Positions 10,657 to 21,324 of a stretch of DNA of 64,000 bases are shown piece after piece. Source of the stretch: a virus; the IMG/VR virus record IMGVR_UViG_3300035661_000009, positions 32,001 to 96,000 of that record. One strand, 5' to 3'. Each line of letters starts with the position of its first letter. Within the stretch, counting starts at the first letter, position 1. Below the pieces are notes generated by a model that was given only the letters and a program-made list of their open reading frames with translations, was not told the DNA's origin and did not search any database. The position numbers and the translations under genes are program-made.

Positions 10657-11797
10657 CAAATATGTAAAGATGCTAAATGAAATGTCAGGGTTCGTAGATC
10701 ACCAAAAAGATTACTTCGTAGAAGGCGTGAGAACCCCATCCTCATCCGTTAACTTCGTATTTGGCAATACGCATTTAATTCCATTTGGAGCTTCATGTAT
10801 TTTATGGGGGCCACCGAAGGGAGGTAAGAGTCTTATCTCAAGTTTCATGATAGGTCAACTTCACAAAGATTATCCTGATGCAATTGCCATTAAGATAAAT
10901 ACCGAATTACGTGAACACTTCCAAATGACCCCACGGTCAATGAAAATGTTCGGAATTGACCCAGATCGCTACGCCGCTCGCAATACAGGCAAAGCCGAAG
11001 AAATCTTCGATTTTATTGAAAAAGAAGTCGTCGATTTATGTCAAAAAGGGGCGAAGATCAAGCTCATAGTCATAGATTCAATTACCGATATCATGGGCCG
11101 AAATCTTGCCAACGCAGAAAGCGTCGGGAAGTTCCTCATGGGGGATGACGCTGCAACGCAGCAAGCTGGGTTAAGACGTATTCGAAGTGTACTACGTGAA
11201 TGGGGTATTACTCTGGTCATGATAAGCCAAGAAAGGGCTGTTTTGGACCCCGTAGAGATAATGCGTGGTAAGAAGACGAAGATGGCGGGGGCGTTCTATC
11301 TAAAGCACTTCGCTGAATACTTCGTTTATGTCGCTCCTAACGAAAGCAAGGAAGGCAAAGAAGATTTCCTAGGCCATAAACTAGAAGATGAGTCATTGAC
11401 CGATATGGTGGGTAATTCAGAAAAAGCCTTCCAAAAGGTCAAAGTGGTAATGAATGATTCTTCTGTGGGTATAGCCAAGCGTGCAGGGGAGTTTACATTC
11501 CATAAGTTCAAGGGAATAGTTAATATGGAAGAAGAGGCCTTTAAAATGGCCTGTGCCCGAAACGTTCTTGAAAGACCTAATAACAGGACCTATGTATTAA
11601 AAGATTGGCCTTCTAAGGGACAACAGGCACAATGGGTAGGTAAAGAAGAGACATTGACCAACATTAGGCTAAACGACGATTTAGCCAAAGAATTAGTTAA
11701 CAGAGTGAAGGCTAAAGACATTGACCAATTCCGTAATGGTATTGAAGATACGGATACTGATATAACAACAGAAATCGCGGATGATCAACCCAAGTAA
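10649..11797 (+). CDS. recA: RecA/UvsX-like recombinase
   Basis: Walker A GPPKGGKS, Walker B LIVIDS, MISQER and MAGAFYLKHFA RecA-like motifs. Confidence 0.85.
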   Translation: MANKYVKMLNEMSGFVDHQKDYFVEGVRTPSSSVNFVFGNTHLIPFGASCILWGPPKGGKSLISSFMIGQLHKDYPDAIAIKINTELREHFQMTPRSMKMFGIDPDRYAARNTGKAEEIFDFIEKEVVDLCQKGAKIKLIVIDSITDIMGRNLANAESVGKFLMGDDAATQQAGLRRIRSVLREWGITLVMISQERAVLDPVEIMRGKKTKMAGAFYLKHFAEYFVYVAPNESKEGKEDFLGHKLEDESLTDMVGNSEKAFQKVKVVMNDSSVGIAKRAGEFTFHKFKGIVNMEEEAFKMACARNVLERPNNRTYVLKDWPSKGQQAQWVGKEETLTNIRLNDDLAKELVNRVKAKDIDQFRNGIEDTDTDITTEIADDQPK

Positions 11798-12758
11798 ATT
11801 ACGGGAAATGATTGAAGAAGGAGGGGTGTCTTTCAAGGAAGGCGCCTCTTCTTTTATTTTCACTTGTCCCAGATGCAATAAACCAGAAAAACTATACGTC
11901 AGGAAGACTGACGGTAGATTTGTATGCTTTGTATGCCAAGAAGAAAGTAGATTTGCCGGTAAAGCTGAATTCGGCCTATCTGAAATATATGGTATAACTA
12001 TATCCGAAGCTAGAGAAAGAATCTACAATTACAGCACATTTAAGGCAAAAGAACTGCTCACACTACAGCTAAACGATCCTTATGAGCTAAACTATGACGT
12101 AGAAGAGTCTTTTGGATTAGATGAGGTAGAATACCCAATAGACTTTGTAGATAGATACAGTAAATTATTCCCAAAAGCTAGAGAATATCTATTAGGTCGT
12201 GGTTTAAACAATGAAATAATAGAATATTACGATATTAGATTCCACCCCAGCTGGAAGACGGTCATATTCCCTATTAAAATAGACTCAATTTTAGTAGGTT
12301 GGCAAGAAAGAGCCATAGATAGAAACTTCAAATTTACGTCAAAGGGCTTCAAAAAGGCTCAATGTCTTATGTTTCAAGATAATTTGTCTAATTCCGATCA
12401 TGCAATTCTGTGCGAAGGTCCAGTAGACGCTCTTAAAATGCATTATATGGGCGGTGCCGTGGCTAGTATGGGAAAGGGCGTGTCCGAAACACAGATAAAT
12501 ATCATCAAAGATTCAGTAAAGAAGCTGTATATAGCATTAGATCCTGACGCTAATACAGAAATTGACTCATTGTGTCGCACCATGTATGATGATATGGATG
12601 AAATTTATATAATAGAGCCACCAAAGGGTCGAAAAGACCTTGGTGAGTGTTCATTTGAAGAAACTGAACAACAATTTAAGAATGCTAAGCCTTATAACGG
12701 CCAAGTATTTATGCATTTAAAGCAGTTAAGGAAACTATATGGCCCAAACGGAGAATGA
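11781..12758 (+). CDS. dnaG: DNA primase (Zn finger + TOPRIM)
   Basis: CPRC...CFVC, CEGPVDAL, ALDPD, KDLGE. Confidence 0.88.
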   Translation: MINPSKLREMIEEGGVSFKEGASSFIFTCPRCNKPEKLYVRKTDGRFVCFVCQEESRFAGKAEFGLSEIYGITISEARERIYNYSTFKAKELLTLQLNDPYELNYDVEESFGLDEVEYPIDFVDRYSKLFPKAREYLLGRGLNNEIIEYYDIRFHPSWKTVIFPIKIDSILVGWQERAIDRNFKFTSKGFKKAQCLMFQDNLSNSDHAILCEGPVDALKMHYMGGAVASMGKGVSETQINIIKDSVKKLYIALDPDANTEIDSLCRTMYDDMDEIYIIEPPKGRKDLGECSFEETEQQFKNAKPYNGQVFMHLKQLRKLYGPNGE

Positions 12759-15267
12759 GGTAACGTTACCGTTTAACGTAATTAAACAAAACGCATTATT
12801 GGGGTATTTGCTTATAAATGAGCGCTTTTTTAGGATGGCTTCACCCAGAATTAAGCCAAGTTGGTTTCTTAGTGAGCGTAATTCACAGGCTTATCAACTT
12901 ATTCTTGATTTCGTAGAAGAATATAAAGATTTTCCAAGAGAGCATGAATTGCTCAATTGCCCACAACTAATGATTAAAGAGCCGCGTGAGCGAGCAACCA
13001 TCCAAAGCACTATTGCAAAGTGTATATCAGAGACGGCACAGGTCAGATTAGAGCAAATTAAGCCAGAATTGACCGAATGGCTACATACCATTACGCTAAT
13101 GAAGGGTCTAACCGACGCCCAAGATTCATTTAACGCCAAGGATATGAAGCTTACTCACAATAAGCTAATGGCTGCCGTTAAAGAAGTGAGTAATACAAAC
13201 TTTGATTCCGGGGACGTGATCACATTTTCTAATTATCAAGAGTATTTATTAGAAACCCAGAAAGAACGAGCCAAAGCCTTAACTACTGGCTTAAAAATGT
13301 TAGACGAAGTAATGTTAGGAAAGGATGCCGAAGGTGGGCTTTTATATGGAGATACGACCATTATAATGGCTCCAATAAATGTAGGAAAATGTGAGGCAAA
13401 AGGCACCGAACTAATTGATTTTAACGGAAAAATTGTTAAGATTGAAGATGTAAAGCCCGGAGATAAGCTAATGGGGCCTGACGGGATGGCTAGAAACGTG
13501 CTTTCAACTACAAAAGGGCACGGACCTATGTATAAAGTTACCCCAAAGGCTGGGGGGCATTCATTTGTTTGTAACGATGTTCACGTATTAAGTCTTAAGC
13601 TAGGATGGACCGATACAAATATTCATAAAGTTGGAGAAATTGTCAATATTCCTGTAAACGAATATTTAACAAAAAGCAATAATTGGAAAGCTCAACATCA
13701 TTTATGGAGAGCTAGTTTGGATTTTAGTCATAAAGAACTTTCAATTGATCCATATATATTAGGATTATGGCTAGGAGATGGGGATAGCCACACCGCGGCA
13801 TTAACTACCATAGATAAAGAACTAGAAGAAATTTGGTCAAAGTGGGTACGCTCTAATGGAGATATAGTTAAGGCAAGAATTCGAAAAAATAACAAAGCAA
13901 GCATTTACGAGGCTTGTGTAGAACCTAGATATTCAAAAGTAAAAAGCAATCAATTGCTTAGAGACATTGAGGTGATTGACAATAAGCATGTTCCTCATAT
14001 CTATCTTACTTCAAGTAGAGATCAAAGACTTAAACTACTTGCTGGATTAATTGATATAAATGGATATTTATGCGAAGATTCTAAGTATTTTGAAATAACT
14101 CAAAAAAACGTCAAGCTTGCTGAAGAAATTGCATTTTTGGCTCGCTCACTTGGATTCAAGGTTTCAGAGGTTAAAACCGAAAAAGCTGATCAGAATGGGA
14201 CTAGGGGAAGTTATATTAGAATGACAATAATGGGCCCTCTTTCTACGATTCCTACTCAACTAGCTAGAAAACAAGGCAAAGATGGGATTAAAAATCCATT
14301 GACAACTAATTTTAGAATCGAGCCTGTAGGCGAAGACGATTACTACGGCTTTACGTTAGATGGGGATCATCTTTATTTACATAAGGATTTTACAGTAACT
14401 CACAATACATCATTCCTTGTCACAACAATGGTTCACAACATACTTCGTGGCAAAGATGTTTTATTTATGACCCATGAAGGTAATCCTAACGAACTTAGAT
14501 TAAAAATTCTTAGTAATATACTTCAAGTTACTGGAAATGATATTTTATCTTTATACAAAGATAAAGCTGGTGAACAAAAGTTAATAGCAGCGACCCAGCA
14601 GCTTGAAAAGCACCTTAAATACATTCCTTATAATAAAGCGGGAGGTATGTTTATTGAAAGAGTTGTTCCCATCATCAGGACCGCTCAAGAGGATTGGATG
14701 GCCAATCACAACGGGAAAGGATTTGACTTGCTAGTATCAGACTATCCTGCTATTCTGAGCACCGAGATGGCCATGCGAGGTAACTTGGCTAAGAGAGATC
14801 AAGATAGAATAGTTTATGACAGTTATGTTCAATTAGCCATAGAGTATAAGTTCCACGCTTTATTAGCCATTCAGACAAACAGAGAAGGAAGTAAGATTAA
14901 CAAGGGATTGACTGGAGAAGGTCGCCAACTAGAAATGGAAGATGTAAAGGAATCATGGGATCCCATGGCTGAAGCTTCGAACGTATTGACCCTTAATAGG
15001 CCTCCTTGGGCAGAAAAGAAAGGTATTTTGATGATTAACCTTGCAAAAACTAGAAGCAATGCAAGAGGAGTTGTGGTATCATGTTTTACAGACTTCTCCA
15101 AAGGTATTACTCATTCTAATGAATTAACCGGTTGGATTGAGCATGGTGGATTTGGAGACGCAGAAGCACGAGCAGACGCCTTAATATCGCAACAAGCAGC
15201 AAGAAAAGCCTTAAGAGAAGTACCGGTAGCCCCGAAAGAAGTTAAAACTAATGACAAAGCTAAATAA
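12739..15267 (+). CDS. dnaB: Replicative DnaB-like helicase with intein
   Basis: Walker A APINVGK|TS split by an intein, THEG, LVSDY, IQTNREG, AKTR. Confidence 0.9.
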   Translation: MAQTENEVTLPFNVIKQNALLGYLLINERFFRMASPRIKPSWFLSERNSQAYQLILDFVEEYKDFPREHELLNCPQLMIKEPRERATIQSTIAKCISETAQVRLEQIKPELTEWLHTITLMKGLTDAQDSFNAKDMKLTHNKLMAAVKEVSNTNFDSGDVITFSNYQEYLLETQKERAKALTTGLKMLDEVMLGKDAEGGLLYGDTTIIMAPINVGKCEAKGTELIDFNGKIVKIEDVKPGDKLMGPDGMARNVLSTTKGHGPMYKVTPKAGGHSFVCNDVHVLSLKLGWTDTNIHKVGEIVNIPVNEYLTKSNNWKAQHHLWRASLDFSHKELSIDPYILGLWLGDGDSHTAALTTIDKELEEIWSKWVRSNGDIVKARIRKNNKASIYEACVEPRYSKVKSNQLLRDIEVIDNKHVPHIYLTSSRDQRLKLLAGLIDINGYLCEDSKYFEITQKNVKLAEEIAFLARSLGFKVSEVKTEKADQNGTRGSYIRMTIMGPLSTIPTQLARKQGKDGIKNPLTTNFRIEPVGEDDYYGFTLDGDHLYLHKDFTVTHNTSFLVTTMVHNILRGKDVLFMTHEGNPNELRLKILSNILQVTGNDILSLYKDKAGEQKLIAATQQLEKHLKYIPYNKAGGMFIERVVPIIRTAQEDWMANHNGKGFDLLVSDYPAILSTEMAMRGNLAKRDQDRIVYDSYVQLAIEYKFHALLAIQTNREGSKINKGLTGEGRQLEMEDVKESWDPMAEASNVLTLNRPPWAEKKGILMINLAKTRSNARGVVVSCFTDFSKGITHSNELTGWIEHGGFGDAEARADALISQQAARKALREVPVAPKEVKTNDKAK
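13390..14406 (+). mobile_element. Intein with LAGLIDADG homing endonuclease domain (339 aa) in helicase P-loop
   Basis: C1 (CEAKGT), CNDVHVL, LGLWLGDG, LAGLIDING, YYGFTLDGDHLYL, terminal THN followed by Thr+1. Confidence 0.92.
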
Positions 15268-15877
15268 GAGTGAAGAAATCCACGAAGAACACGAACACGA
15301 CCACGACGATGATGTAAAAACATTATCAAGTGGTGGTCAGATCTTTATATCAGGAACGATTAGCCAACAATCGGTCACTGAGATTATGTCTGCATTTAGG
15401 CAAGCCATTCAGGCAAACGAGGTAGTAGATATCTTTATCGCTAGTGGCGGCGGTTGGGCTGCAGGGGGGTTTGCTCTGTATGATATGTTCAAAAGCGTTC
15501 CCAATAAAGTAAGAACGTTTGGGTGTGGATTCGTAGGTTCGGCAGCAAACCTACTCTTCGTTGCTGGTGACGAACGATATATGTATAAAAGTTGTAGAAT
15601 GTATCTCCATGACGGAAGCGCTAGTATCGGGGGCGACTTCTCAGAAAGAGCTCTTAAATCAGTAAGCAATGAAATGGTCGTATTAGAAGACTTATACAAT
15701 GATTATATGGCCGAAAATAGTCATTTGACCGCGAAGAAGGTCAAAGAGATGTGTAGGGCTGAGACCTACCTTTCCGCTGAAGATTGTGTTAGGATGGGAA
15801 TTGCTGATTATTTAATTAACGACTTCCCTAAGAAGCTTAAGAAGCTTAAGAAGTCTAAAAAGAAGGCTAAAAAGTGA
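15251..15877 (+). CDS. clpP: ClpP-like protease
   Basis: IFIASGGG, GFVGSAA (Ser), MYLHD (His), ETYLSAEDCVRMGIAD. Confidence 0.8.
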   Translation: MTKLNKSEEIHEEHEHDHDDDVKTLSSGGQIFISGTISQQSVTEIMSAFRQAIQANEVVDIFIASGGGWAAGGFALYDMFKSVPNKVRTFGCGFVGSAANLLFVAGDERYMYKSCRMYLHDGSASIGGDFSERALKSVSNEMVVLEDLYNDYMAENSHLTAKKVKEMCRAETYLSAEDCVRMGIADYLINDFPKKLKKLKKSKKKAKK

Positions 15878-16500
15878 TAACTCCAACTCTACAAAATGTT
15901 AAAGATTTCGTATCAAAACATAGAAATTTAACCATAGTAATAGTAGTTATTTTACTTTTAATCGGGTCCTTCTTAGCTGGTCGATATACGACCACGCCTA
16001 AGGTAGAAACTAAGATAGTCGAAAAAGAGGTCATTAAGACTGTTGAGGTCGAAAAACAAGTTGATACTACCAAATATTGGGACAATACCAACAAAGACGA
16101 AGCCACTAAAGAAAATGTCCATACTAATACAGTAAAAGAAACTAAACCAGATGGAACAGTTACTGAACATACAATTACAGACACTAATCTAGACCATGTA
16201 GTCAAAGAAGTAGAGGTTAAGTATGTAGATAGGGTGGTAACCGTAGAAAAAGAAGTTCAAGTAGATAAGATAGTGACTGTAGAAAAAACCGTAAAGCCGA
16301 TCTTGCCAGATTGGGAAGCAAGTATTAAGGTAGGAGCAAGCATCAATAACCTCTTTAATCCAACTCTTGGCTCACCATTGGTAATAGGATTAGAGGTAGA
16401 TAGGCGGGTTCTAGGACCATTTAAGGTAGGGGTTTGGGGCAGTACAAACACAACATTTAATCAGTGGCAGGCTGGTGTGTCACTTGGAGCGGAGTTTTAA
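15874..16500 (+). CDS. Membrane-anchored hypothetical protein
   Basis: N-terminal TM segment, VEK/VDK repeats, beta-rich C-terminus ending in F. Confidence 0.7.
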   Translation: MITPTLQNVKDFVSKHRNLTIVIVVILLLIGSFLAGRYTTTPKVETKIVEKEVIKTVEVEKQVDTTKYWDNTNKDEATKENVHTNTVKETKPDGTVTEHTITDTNLDHVVKEVEVKYVDRVVTVEKEVQVDKIVTVEKTVKPILPDWEASIKVGASINNLFNPTLGSPLVIGLEVDRRVLGPFKVGVWGSTNTTFNQWQAGVSLGAEF

Positions 16501-16664
16501 TGAATATCGATTCAGATGATTTAGCGGCAATTATAGAAGAAGAGCTAGTTGAAAAACTAGGAATTGATGACGAAGAGTTAATACAAGAAATCGTAGAAAG
16601 CATTATAGACCGTGCCGAAGACGAGAGTATGTTTAACGAGTCAGACAATAAATTCGATGATTAA
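16500..16664 (+). CDS. Small acidic hypothetical protein
   Basis: TAATG-coupled start with GGAG upstream. Confidence 0.6.
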   Translation: MNIDSDDLAAIIEEELVEKLGIDDEELIQEIVESIIDRAEDESMFNESDNKFDD

Positions 16665-16914
16665 AGAAATTAAGCATCTTACAGCTTTACAGGGGAATGG
16701 GGATATATTACATAGAATAATATTACGGTCTGAGGATTGTGACCAATTCGGAGAAAGAGCTAGATACATTAAGAATAATATGCTTCGAGCCGCTGTCGAC
16801 AATCCTGATTTATTAGGTTATAAGTTCTATGAATTCTATAGTCTAAAACTAGAGCATTTTCAAGGGGCTTGGCAGTTGACTGCAAGTATCATAGAGCCCA
16901 AAGAAGAGAAATAA
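16657..16914 (+). CDS. Hypothetical protein
   Basis: ORF from ATG 16657 overlapping the previous stop. Confidence 0.6.
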   Translation: MIKEIKHLTALQGNGDILHRIILRSEDCDQFGERARYIKNNMLRAAVDNPDLLGYKFYEFYSLKLEHFQGAWQLTASIIEPKEEK

Positions 16915-16946
16915 TCTTCAATATGTAGGTTACACAAGAGGTTAAA

Positions 16947-17255
16947 GTGGCTCACAACATTCGTATAGTTCAAGACAGAGCGAGAAAAGAAACTAAAGAA
17001 GTAAAGAATAAAGAACTACAAGAATTACGAAAAGAGAATCAAAAACTGCGTAGGGAAAATTCAAGACTACGTAGAGATTTAGCTAAACGATTAAATTATG
17101 AACCCGAAGAAGCGACGGCAGAAGAGTTCAACATACCAGCAGCAACCAAAGAGCTTTGTCCAGAATGTGGCTCAGACAATATTGGGAAAATGAATTTAGG
17201 TAGCAAAGAGATTACCGTTTGCAAAGCCTGCAAATGGAGAAAGATAAGTGCATAA
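16947..17255 (+). CDS. Coiled-coil + Zn-ribbon protein
   Basis: GAGG upstream; CPECG...CKAC. Confidence 0.7.
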   Translation: MAHNIRIVQDRARKETKEVKNKELQELRKENQKLRRENSRLRRDLAKRLNYEPEEATAEEFNIPAATKELCPECGSDNIGKMNLGSKEITVCKACKWRKISA

Positions 17256-17812
17256 TGTCGAAAACAAGAGATGCGAAAGTATTACCAGTATTGGAGTATA
17301 ATAATCCGATACTATCAGAAAAATCAACGTTAGTTATGTCAGATATCAAATCTGAAGATATTCAGAATTTGATTAAAGATATGCATCATACGTTATTGAA
17401 CTACGGGGCAATAGGTCTTGCTGCCCCGCAAGTCGGAGTAAATCTACGTATGCTAGTTCTTAATGTTGAAGGTAAGAAATATACGATGATTAATCCGGTA
17501 GTGTCACAGTTATCTACAGCCGTTTCTTTTGAAAACGAAGGCTGCCTATCAATACCCGGAGTCTATAAAAGAGTTAGACGACCCATGAATATTGTAGTGT
17601 CCTACCAAGACGAAAATGGCGACAACCAAACCTCTGGTGGCTCAACTGCAAGTTCTGGCGGCTTATTTGCTAGAGCGGTTTTGCATGAAATCGAGCATTT
17701 AGATGGCAAATTCTTCTTAGACAATCTCAATATTATAGAAAAGAATATGGTATTGAAGAAATATTCTTTGCAGAAGCGTAAATATACCGCTTTAGCGAAG
17801 TTAGGAGTTTAA
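17255..17812 (+). CDS. def: Peptide deformylase
   Basis: AIGLAAPQVG, EGCLS, HEIEHLDG. Confidence 0.95.
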   Translation: MSKTRDAKVLPVLEYNNPILSEKSTLVMSDIKSEDIQNLIKDMHHTLLNYGAIGLAAPQVGVNLRMLVLNVEGKKYTMINPVVSQLSTAVSFENEGCLSIPGVYKRVRRPMNIVVSYQDENGDNQTSGGSTASSGGLFARAVLHEIEHLDGKFFLDNLNIIEKNMVLKKYSLQKRKYTALAKLGV

Positions 17813-17813
17813 T

Positions 17814-18557
17814 ATGAAAATAGATGTAATGTCAGATCTCCATCTAGATCTATTAAGCGATAAAGATGTAAACCTATTTTTAGATAAGTGTAAAGAGCAC
17901 TCGGCTAATAATGGTAAACCAGATTTACTATTATTAGCCGGAGATATCGGGTCTTTAAGAAATCAAGATAAATATAAAAATTTAATACTTGATATAAATA
18001 AAGCAATTGGTCCAGCAATTAATACAGTATCTATACAAGGGAACCACGACTTTTGGCATAGCAAGTTCCTGCCAACAGATCTTGAACCCCGCTATTGCAC
18101 TACGGGAGGCGGCTCAGAAATAACTACCGTTCTATATCACCCCGGATGGTTTGACGCTAACGAAACCCCACGTCACGTATGGCCCTATTGGCCAGATTTT
18201 AGGTATATTGGGGCAGATATTAAAGAAGCTACCCAATCAATTACTAAAGCTCATAAAGCGTTATGCAAAGAGTTAGAGACAGGAACCTTTGGCATATTAA
18301 TGACACATCATTTTCCCGTAGAATCGACTGACGCAAAATGGATGGGTAGCGAAACAAACGGGTTCTTTAGCTCGTCTAATTTTGTCTCTTCATTAAAGAA
18401 AAATTCTAATAAACCAAAACTATGGGTACACGGCCATACACACGACCCAATGGACTATGTACATCCGTTAGGGATGCGCGTATACTGCAATCCTCTCGGT
18501 TACAAACACGAGGGCATGAACGACGACTTTTGGAATAGAGTCAGAATTGAATTATAA
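17814..18557 (+). CDS. Metallophosphoesterase
   Basis: SDLH, AGDI, GNHD, THH, HGHTH, CNPLGY. Confidence 0.9.
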   Translation: MKIDVMSDLHLDLLSDKDVNLFLDKCKEHSANNGKPDLLLLAGDIGSLRNQDKYKNLILDINKAIGPAINTVSIQGNHDFWHSKFLPTDLEPRYCTTGGGSEITTVLYHPGWFDANETPRHVWPYWPDFRYIGADIKEATQSITKAHKALCKELETGTFGILMTHHFPVESTDAKWMGSETNGFFSSSNFVSSLKKNSNKPKLWVHGHTHDPMDYVHPLGMRVYCNPLGYKHEGMNDDFWNRVRIEL

Positions 18558-19021
18558 TGAATTTAATGAACAAAATACTCGTATTATTGTTACTAAGCTG
18601 TGGTCCAAACGTAGCAACTCCATACGAGTATTTTTCAAACTGCGTAAAAGTAAAATCCACCGTCGAGCTTACACAAGCTGCGGTGGATTTTCATATTGGT
18701 GAAACCATTTCTTGGTATGACCACAAATTCTTGCCCGGAGATTGGTGCAGAGATATTAAAAATACTAATACTGAGATTATTGTAGTTGATGGCGATTTTG
18801 ATTGCACAGCATATTCAGTAGGCTGTGCAGGATTTACAGAGCCAGGATTTATATGGATAAACGGAAGAAGACGCTCAATTCTTCACGAGTCTTTTCATAT
18901 GAGAGACTTGCTATACGACACATTAGATTATATTAATGGTCCGCATTTTCTTTGGGATAAAAAAGGATATTGGCAAGCCTCTGATAATTTTAAAAACAAT
19001 TTATTTACAATTATAAATTAA
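18557..19021 (+). CDS. Putative lipoprotein with HExxH motif
   Basis: Signal/lipobox LLLLSC; ILHESFH. Confidence 0.55.
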   Translation: MNLMNKILVLLLLSCGPNVATPYEYFSNCVKVKSTVELTQAAVDFHIGETISWYDHKFLPGDWCRDIKNTNTEIIVVDGDFDCTAYSVGCAGFTEPGFIWINGRRRSILHESFHMRDLLYDTLDYINGPHFLWDKKGYWQASDNFKNNLFTIIN

Positions 19022-21324
19022 CTTAAAACTCCAGTTAATTGTTGTAATGAATAATTAATCCTTGCTCCATATATAATTATAGTATCTGTACCCGGAGCAC
19101 TCAATGAAGCATTTAAAAATAGTTTTATATAACCGTTTGTTTGGCTGGTAAAAGTACCTCCTGGCGTAATTGTAAATACGTTATTTACCGTAGCTCCGGT
19201 TCCGTTAGTTACCGGCCCGACTCCACCAGTAGCTATTACTCCAAAATCTCTGAATGTAGCCGAATCATATACCTGAAGGACGGACCCGGTAATTGTTGCT
19301 GTACCGACCATACCCGCTTGCAAGCCGTAATATACAGTCACGCTATTTATAATTACCCCCTGCGGAATATTTGTTCGTATATCTAAAGGGTATGGGCTAC
19401 CGCCACCAGTAAGTGTAGTTACGTAACTATCTTGTATGGTTATAATTGCATTCCATTTTCCAGAGCTATAGCTCATGTCGCTTGTTGAAGAATGCGATAT
19501 TTTAGTAGGAATAGTAATTGCGTTCGAACTTCCATTACCAGAATACATCAGTCTGCTTTCACCAGACGAACCACTTAACTTAATGTCGCCATTTGTTATA
19601 AGTAACGCATCATAATTGTTACTATATGCAGTGGCTGATAGTGCAACTCCGGCAGAGTTAGTAAAAGCGGCAAACGCTCCACCCAATCCACCACCGGTAG
19701 TAACGCCTACAATGGCACTTCCAGACCCAGAATTAACTACAGATATTCCTGATCCTGAACCAGAATTTGTTATAGAGATACCAACGCCAATTGTATTTAC
19801 ACCAATACTTAGGCCACTTCCAGAAGCTATTCCTGAAAGAGCTATTCCGCCGTTTGAACCTAACGCCGGAACGACTGGAGTAAATCCACCAATAGTGCCC
19901 GGAGCTTGATTCAAAACAACCAATCCAAGCGAAGTAGTTGTCGCAGCTTGGAAGGTTCTACCTACTTCGTAAGCTCTTTCGCGACTATAGCAAAGAGAGC
20001 CATCTCTCCAAGCAATAATCATTCTACGGCCCGGTAAAGCACTTGAGCCAAGAGTAGTAAGCGGTAGAGTTACTGGAGTTAATGTCGCATTTTGTGATCT
20101 ATCAAGATCTACATATAGACAATTCCCATCCACAATAACTGTGTTACCATCTGCAATTATATTATAATAAAATGCTGTACCGCTATTTTCAAATAAGAGT
20201 CTTAAACCTTTCCAAGCTAAGGTATCGTTTATAGTAGCTGCAATAGTATTGCTTACGGCCCCAGTAGACAAAGTGTCGGTATACGTAAAGGTATTTGTGG
20301 CTATTGCTGTAACCTGGAACGTCCCAGAGACAAAGTTAGTATCACCACCAGCATAAGCTATTTTAACTAGCCCGTTAACTTGGAATGGATGACCAGTAAA
20401 GGTTACCGTAACCGTAGATCCCGTTCTGGCTACTGCGCCAATTGCAAGGTTAAAGCCGTTTACAAACCAAAGATTGTCTCCATTGCTTGTAACCGAAGAA
20501 CTATAACGTAGCTTTACGTTGTCTCGAATTTGATTACTGAACCATGAATCGCCGCCGCGGATTTCCCATAGCGAAGTCATCATAGCATCCATCCATCCCT
20601 TAATACTGCCAAAGTTCTTTTCTTCTGTATTGAATGGGCTTAAGGTGCTTCCCGATACATACGAGGGCGGAACAGCAACTCTCGTACCCCATGAATACTT
20701 ATTAGTAACGCTAGGGGTGTCGCCGCCAGAAGCCAACCCAAGCATCATCTTTCTAGCGTCAGTAACTCCAGTAATTAACCCAGAACCGTCCACGTTTACT
20801 ATAGCAATAGGTAGGACATTGGTAGTCGCTGAGAAGTTAGTAGTGCTTATAATTATCTTATATTGCAGTGTTCTAGCTAGCGGAACATCTTGTGAAATTT
20901 CCGTACTGGTAGTAGGGTCAAGAAACTGTTTAGTATCTATAGTTGAGCTATCTGCACTGCGGAATAAGTCAATACCTACGTAGTTAGCTGCACTATTAAC
21001 AAAGAAACCGTTGATATTGCTATTGGTTTGGGTTAATTGTTGTGCAGTTGCATTGTCATCGATAGTGAAGACTGTACCTGATTCACTTGCAAGGTAATGG
21101 AATATAACGCTGCCAGCGACGTTTAGCTGAAGGCTTGAAGCCTTTTGTCCAATCATGCTGTCAACACTTAGGGTCAAACCTTTAATAACTAGTGCGGCTT
21201 TCCCAGCTAACGCCTTTCCAGCTAAGTCATCGAAGTCGCTGCTAACAGAGCTTTCAATTGAACGTAAATCAGGTACGTCAACTCGTTCTTGCCCTAAGAA
21301 ATTAACTTGTCGTTTAATGCTCAT
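19018..21324 (-). CDS. Virion/tail-fiber-like protein
   Basis: 768 aa, G/S/T-rich beta content, GSGISI-type repeats, within the baseplate cluster. Confidence 0.65.
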   Translation of the reverse strand: MSIKRQVNFLGQERVDVPDLRSIESSVSSDFDDLAGKALAGKAALVIKGLTLSVDSMIGQKASSLQLNVAGSVIFHYLASESGTVFTIDDNATAQQLTQTNSNINGFFVNSAANYVGIDLFRSADSSTIDTKQFLDPTTSTEISQDVPLARTLQYKIIISTTNFSATTNVLPIAIVNVDGSGLITGVTDARKMMLGLASGGDTPSVTNKYSWGTRVAVPPSYVSGSTLSPFNTEEKNFGSIKGWMDAMMTSLWEIRGGDSWFSNQIRDNVKLRYSSSVTSNGDNLWFVNGFNLAIGAVARTGSTVTVTFTGHPFQVNGLVKIAYAGGDTNFVSGTFQVTAIATNTFTYTDTLSTGAVSNTIAATINDTLAWKGLRLLFENSGTAFYYNIIADGNTVIVDGNCLYVDLDRSQNATLTPVTLPLTTLGSSALPGRRMIIAWRDGSLCYSRERAYEVGRTFQAATTTSLGLVVLNQAPGTIGGFTPVVPALGSNGGIALSGIASGSGLSIGVNTIGVGISITNSGSGSGISVVNSGSGSAIVGVTTGGGLGGAFAAFTNSAGVALSATAYSNNYDALLITNGDIKLSGSSGESRLMYSGNGSSNAITIPTKISHSSTSDMSYSSGKWNAIITIQDSYVTTLTGGGSPYPLDIRTNIPQGVIINSVTVYYGLQAGMVGTATITGSVLQVYDSATFRDFGVIATGGVGPVTNGTGATVNNVFTITPGGTFTSQTNGYIKLFLNASLSAPGTDTIIIYGARINYSLQQLTGVLS

